Of a stretch of 64,000 nucleotides of DNA, positions 1 to 64,000 are shown piece after piece. Each line of letters opens with the position of its first letter. The first letter of the stretch is position 1. Below the pieces are notes generated by a model that searched no databases, was not told where the DNA came from, and saw only the letters and a list, made by a program, of their open reading frames with translations. Position numbers and translations under genes: made by a program. The stretch lies in NCBI GenBank assembly GCA_024704765.1, contig JAKMXF010000299.1:620001-684000 (forward strand), written 5' to 3'. This DNA comes from Oopsacas minuta (Eukaryota; Animalia; Porifera).

Positions 1-60221
<60,221 letters not shown>

Positions 60222-60506
60222 CCAACAGCATCCTGCTTAGTAATACGTGTGTTTAGCTAATGCAATTATTTACTCTACAGTAGAAAATTTATTCAGCTAA
60301 GCTGGATATTAGATTCTAATGATTGATAATTTGTACATGTTTGTATGTTCGAAGAATTATTATCTTCTGTATGCTAGTTTACTTGCTCTCACCGTGCACC
60401 TATAATTATTTAATGTATTATGTAATTTTTATTCAGTTTTGTTTTGTGTCTACCATTTTCTCTGCTCTTGTTGTTAGGTTGACTAATACTGGTGATATAA
60501 TATTCC

Positions 60507-60512
60507 AATAAA
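60507..60512 (+). terminator. Candidate polyadenylation signal of the myosin gene
   Basis: AATAAA about 285 bp after the stop, followed by T-rich sequence. Confidence 0.45.
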
Positions 60513-61338
60513 TACTTTTGTACTTCCTATACGGGTCTTTGAAATTGTGATCTCAAAGAGATTTTATGTAAATATACAGAATATCTTTGGGCAAAATATT
60601 TCAATCACAAAATTTTGTGCGAGTTTTTATTCTTAAAGAACGTGGGCTTCACATACATTGTATCCTTCCACTAGGCGAACTAGGCATTCGCCCAGGGCGG
60701 CACTTATCAAGAGGCGGCATAATCTTTGGATTTAGGAAATTTCATTCTTTCAATACTGATAAATTAAGTAAATATCATAGTTGCCTAGGGCGGCAAATAT
60801 TTAATCCGCCTCAAGGACCGGCCCTGTTCCTACTATCTGTATTTTATTACCACATTTTCTTGCCAAGACGTAGAAAGAAAAACCCAGTTTCGAATATACT
60901 TTTTACTGTATGTCCCATAATTATTTAGAATTTGTTCACATTTGATTCTTTGGGTAATATTTCAGCAAACTTTCATAGGCTATGCTAAACCGGTTTACCA
61001 TAGCCTTCTCCTATATATGGCCTGTTGCATGAGATAATGACCCTCTATTAAAGGGCACATGGATGCTCAAAGGGATCATTATTCTACTCTACTCTCAGTA
61101 AGATGTTGTCCCCCTTATAATATTAAGTTATTGTCATTAATGGATGACATCATCATCTGACATCTACAAAATATATTGGTCATTAAACCACAACAAGCAC
61201 TGAATGTTCCGTGTATATTTCTGAATCCTGAACCCTTGGGAAATTACAAGAATTTGAAGTGGAATTTAGACCGAAGGCATTGAAATTTCGGCTCGATGAA
61301 AGATAGTTACTTTATCAAGTAAGTTTACATCAGAACTA

Positions 61339-62673
61339 CAGGGTGTTAAACAATTGATGTCGTAATATAGAATGGACAAATAAAACATATTCTTGCAGTG
61401 TAGTAATGTGCTCCTTACTTTCCTATACAACCGCCATTCTTAGCAATACATAATTTAATCCTATTTGGCATTGAAGCTATAAGATTGGCCAAAACATCCT
61501 CCGTCACCTGAGACCATCCCAGTTTGAGATTATTTTTTAAACTTTCTTCATTTGTTGCGAGGGGCATTGAATCCAGTTGACTGGTGTATTGCCTACAGAT
61601 TTTCTATAGGATTCAGGTCCGGCGAATTCGCAGGTCATACTTCTTTAGGCCAAAAAACTTTTAAGGTTCTTCAAACACCACTCTTGAGTTCTTTAAAGGT
61701 ATGAGCCGGCGCTCCATCTTGTTGAAAAATGGCCTTGGATATGTTTTTCATCCTTTTTCGTATATAAATGGGTCCATTTTTTCTTTTAAGTGTAGGTACC
61801 AAAGCTTTCTTCAAATTTCCTCTACATAATATTCTGTATTTACGGTCTTACCTCGTGGAATAAAATGCAATTCTGATAAGGCAGAGCAAGTCATCATACC
61901 TAACACATTTACTTTCAGAGGGTACTTCACAGTCTCTAACGGAGGTATATTATCTCGTTTCCGAGTACACACTCGGTTATTTTGCCGATTCGGAGTATGA
62001 TAAAGTTGAAATGGCGATTCATCTGAAAATAGTATTCGTCTCCATTCTTCCACACTACAGTTCTTCCTCTCTTTGCAGAATTTTACACGGGCTTTTCTGA
62101 GAATCGGTTAACTTTTGCTGTGTTTTGTGGTTTATAAGGAGTAGCATTCCAACTTTCAAATAATTCAATACTGTAACGCAAGAAACTGCTACTATGCCTC
62201 TCCTTCTCAAATTCTTGGTCAATATCCTAGTTGATTTGTGAGGTTTGGATAGCGATTAATCAATTATGATATTCGCTGCTTTGGACAGGGATTTTTTTCG
62301 ACCACGTCCATGCTTGTTTCTCAACGATTTACGACCTCAAGAAAGTACCCACCAATGCTGTATTGTTCGTAAATTAATCTTCAGAGCATGAAAAACCTTC
62401 GTTTGAGACATGCCTGCTATAATCATACCGATAGCACGATTGCGGACATCAATAGTGTTTCCGAAACGATGGAATCACTAAATAATGTTAGGAATTTTTA
62501 TTTTCCGGTAAAGAAGAATATCAGCTAATATCAACTAGAATACTAATTATGAATTCATGAAGCATATACAAAAGGAATATTAAGTCAGATTATCATGATT
62601 AAATCGTCTAAATTGGGTACTTAATTGAAGATATAAAATATATAAATTACCTAATCAATTGTTTAACACCCTG
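61339..62673 (-). mobile_element. Decayed Tc1-like (DD34E) transposon
   Basis: 19-bp TIR CAGGGTGTTAAACAATTGA with TA flanks; minus-strand remnants RAIGMIIAGMSQ, ILFSDES, FQQDGAPAH, NSPDLNPIENL with in-frame stops. Confidence 0.88.
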
Positions 62674-62872
62674 TACAATATAATAATTAATACTATTACA
62701 TAGTATAGTGGCTCAGTTCTAAAATGGTTGGCATAGTATATATGTATCTATCTATCTACAGTGGAGTTCGCTTATTAGCAAGTCGGGTTTTGCATGAGAA
62801 AAACTTGCTAATAGAGCAACTCAATCAATTTGATAAATACTATTGTTGTATGTAAACGTACATACGTGTACG

Positions 62873-63055
62873 CAGGGTTTCATCCAGGCGTGTACAACGC
62901 GCCTACAGGCGCATGAATTTCAGCAAATATAGATCTAGGCGCGTCAAAATTCGAGTAAGACCCCCATACCGTAATAATATATGTATACTCTGGGCGCGCG
63001 GAAAACTGAGGGGGAATTTAACGCGTATGGTTCATAAATGCTGCATGAAACCCTG
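62873..63055. repeat. hAT-type MITE inserted in the CAGTGGAGTTCG MITE
   Basis: CAGGGTTTCAT / ATGAAACCCTG; TSD cgtgtacg / cgtgtatg; the empty site is seen in the 37990 copy. Confidence 0.75.
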
Positions 63056-64000
63056 CGTGTATGTGATAATATAATACGTATAAGAATATTGTAGTGCACT
63101 TACGAGAGAGCTTTCTACTTAATTCAAAAGCAAGTTATTGCTAATAAACGAACTAAAGGTCCTCTTATTAAGTTATTAGCAAGTCGTGTTTTGATGAGAA
63201 AACTTGCTTATACGTGAACTTGCTAATACGGGAACATAATTAATGCAATTTGGGCCATTGTGATCCTAAAAATCTTGCCAATAAGGCAATTGCTAATTGA
63301 CGAACTCTACCTTGTATGTTTTCGCTCTACTGTTCACAAGTTCTAGAGATTAAGACTCTAAATTTGGTATGTACACTCGTAGTGACATCTAGTTGTGTAC
63401 CTGACATTTGAAAAATTTGTATAATGTGTATATTTTCAAACCTTTTGACACCTCTATATTTTAGGTGTCAAAAGGTGTGTGAGATTGTTTGTTGATTTTT
63501 TACCAATCACTATCGATTATCTACTTACTGTCATGATATTGACAATGGTAATAGAATCCAATCAATTGCTCGTCCATGATCAAACTAAAAACGAAATATA
63601 CACTGAATATTCAGTGCTTGTTGTGGTTTAATGATCAATATATTTTGTAGATGTCAGATGATGATGTCATCCATTAATGACAATAACTTAATGTGATAAG
63701 GAGGTCAATATCTCACTGAGGTTAGAGTAGAATACATGACCCCTTGAGCATCCATGGTTCCTTTAATAGAGGGTCATTATTATAGGTGATCAATATCTCA
63801 TGCAACAGGCCCAGCATCAACCTCAAATTTTGGACTAGGGATAAAGTAGTGTACGGTATATAGTATAGGTTTCATGTCGCACAAAGTGCCCCCTTCCCCC
63901 CCTCCCCCTGTGGCTACGCCAATGCCTGGACTACTTCGATAAACTAGATATAAGACCTAAAGAAAATGATAAATTTATTATCAATAAGTATGAGGAAAAA

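Larger units (their letters stand above)
61019..63811. repeat. Foldback element (about 170-bp or longer inverted arms) enclosing the Tc1 relic and MITEs
   Basis: ggcctgttgcatgagat...cacaacaagcactgaat (61019-61205) is inverted at about 63610-63811. Confidence 0.7.

Overview
AT-rich animal (eukaryotic) DNA with GT-AG introns; no prokaryotic features, tRNA, rRNA or CRISPR. The backbone is the 3' three-quarters of a non-muscle/smooth-type myosin II heavy chain gene on +. I traced 24 exons from position 1 to the stop at 60219-60221 (about 1460 codons, all splice phases consistent). Its introns carry nested cargo. A 30,030-bp intron (12538-42567) holds four intronless PKC-family genes: three full C1-C1-C2-kinase copies and one kinase-only, PKM-like copy whose kinase region is almost identical to its neighbour's. 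The same intron holds a complete 3.1-kb Transib/RAG1-like transposon with perfect CACAGTG heptamer ends, a 5-bp TSD and asymmetric bipartite TIRs (12- vs 22-nt spacers). A second, non-autonomous element of the same superfamily (47287-49083) repeats the short-end/long-end architecture with a different internal motif. Other introns hold an intronless LIR-motif (TP53INP/DOR-like) ORF, an open-ORF DD34D mariner and many MITEs/foldbacks. A decayed Tc1 lies just downstream of the gene. The best candidate for an undescribed system is the RAG2-less RAG1-like transposon pair with 12/23-like end asymmetry; the PKC/PKM nested cluster is second. The organism cannot be determined from sequence alone; the divergent myosin and dense nested genes would fit an early-branching animal such as a sponge (inference only). 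All alignments were done by eye.
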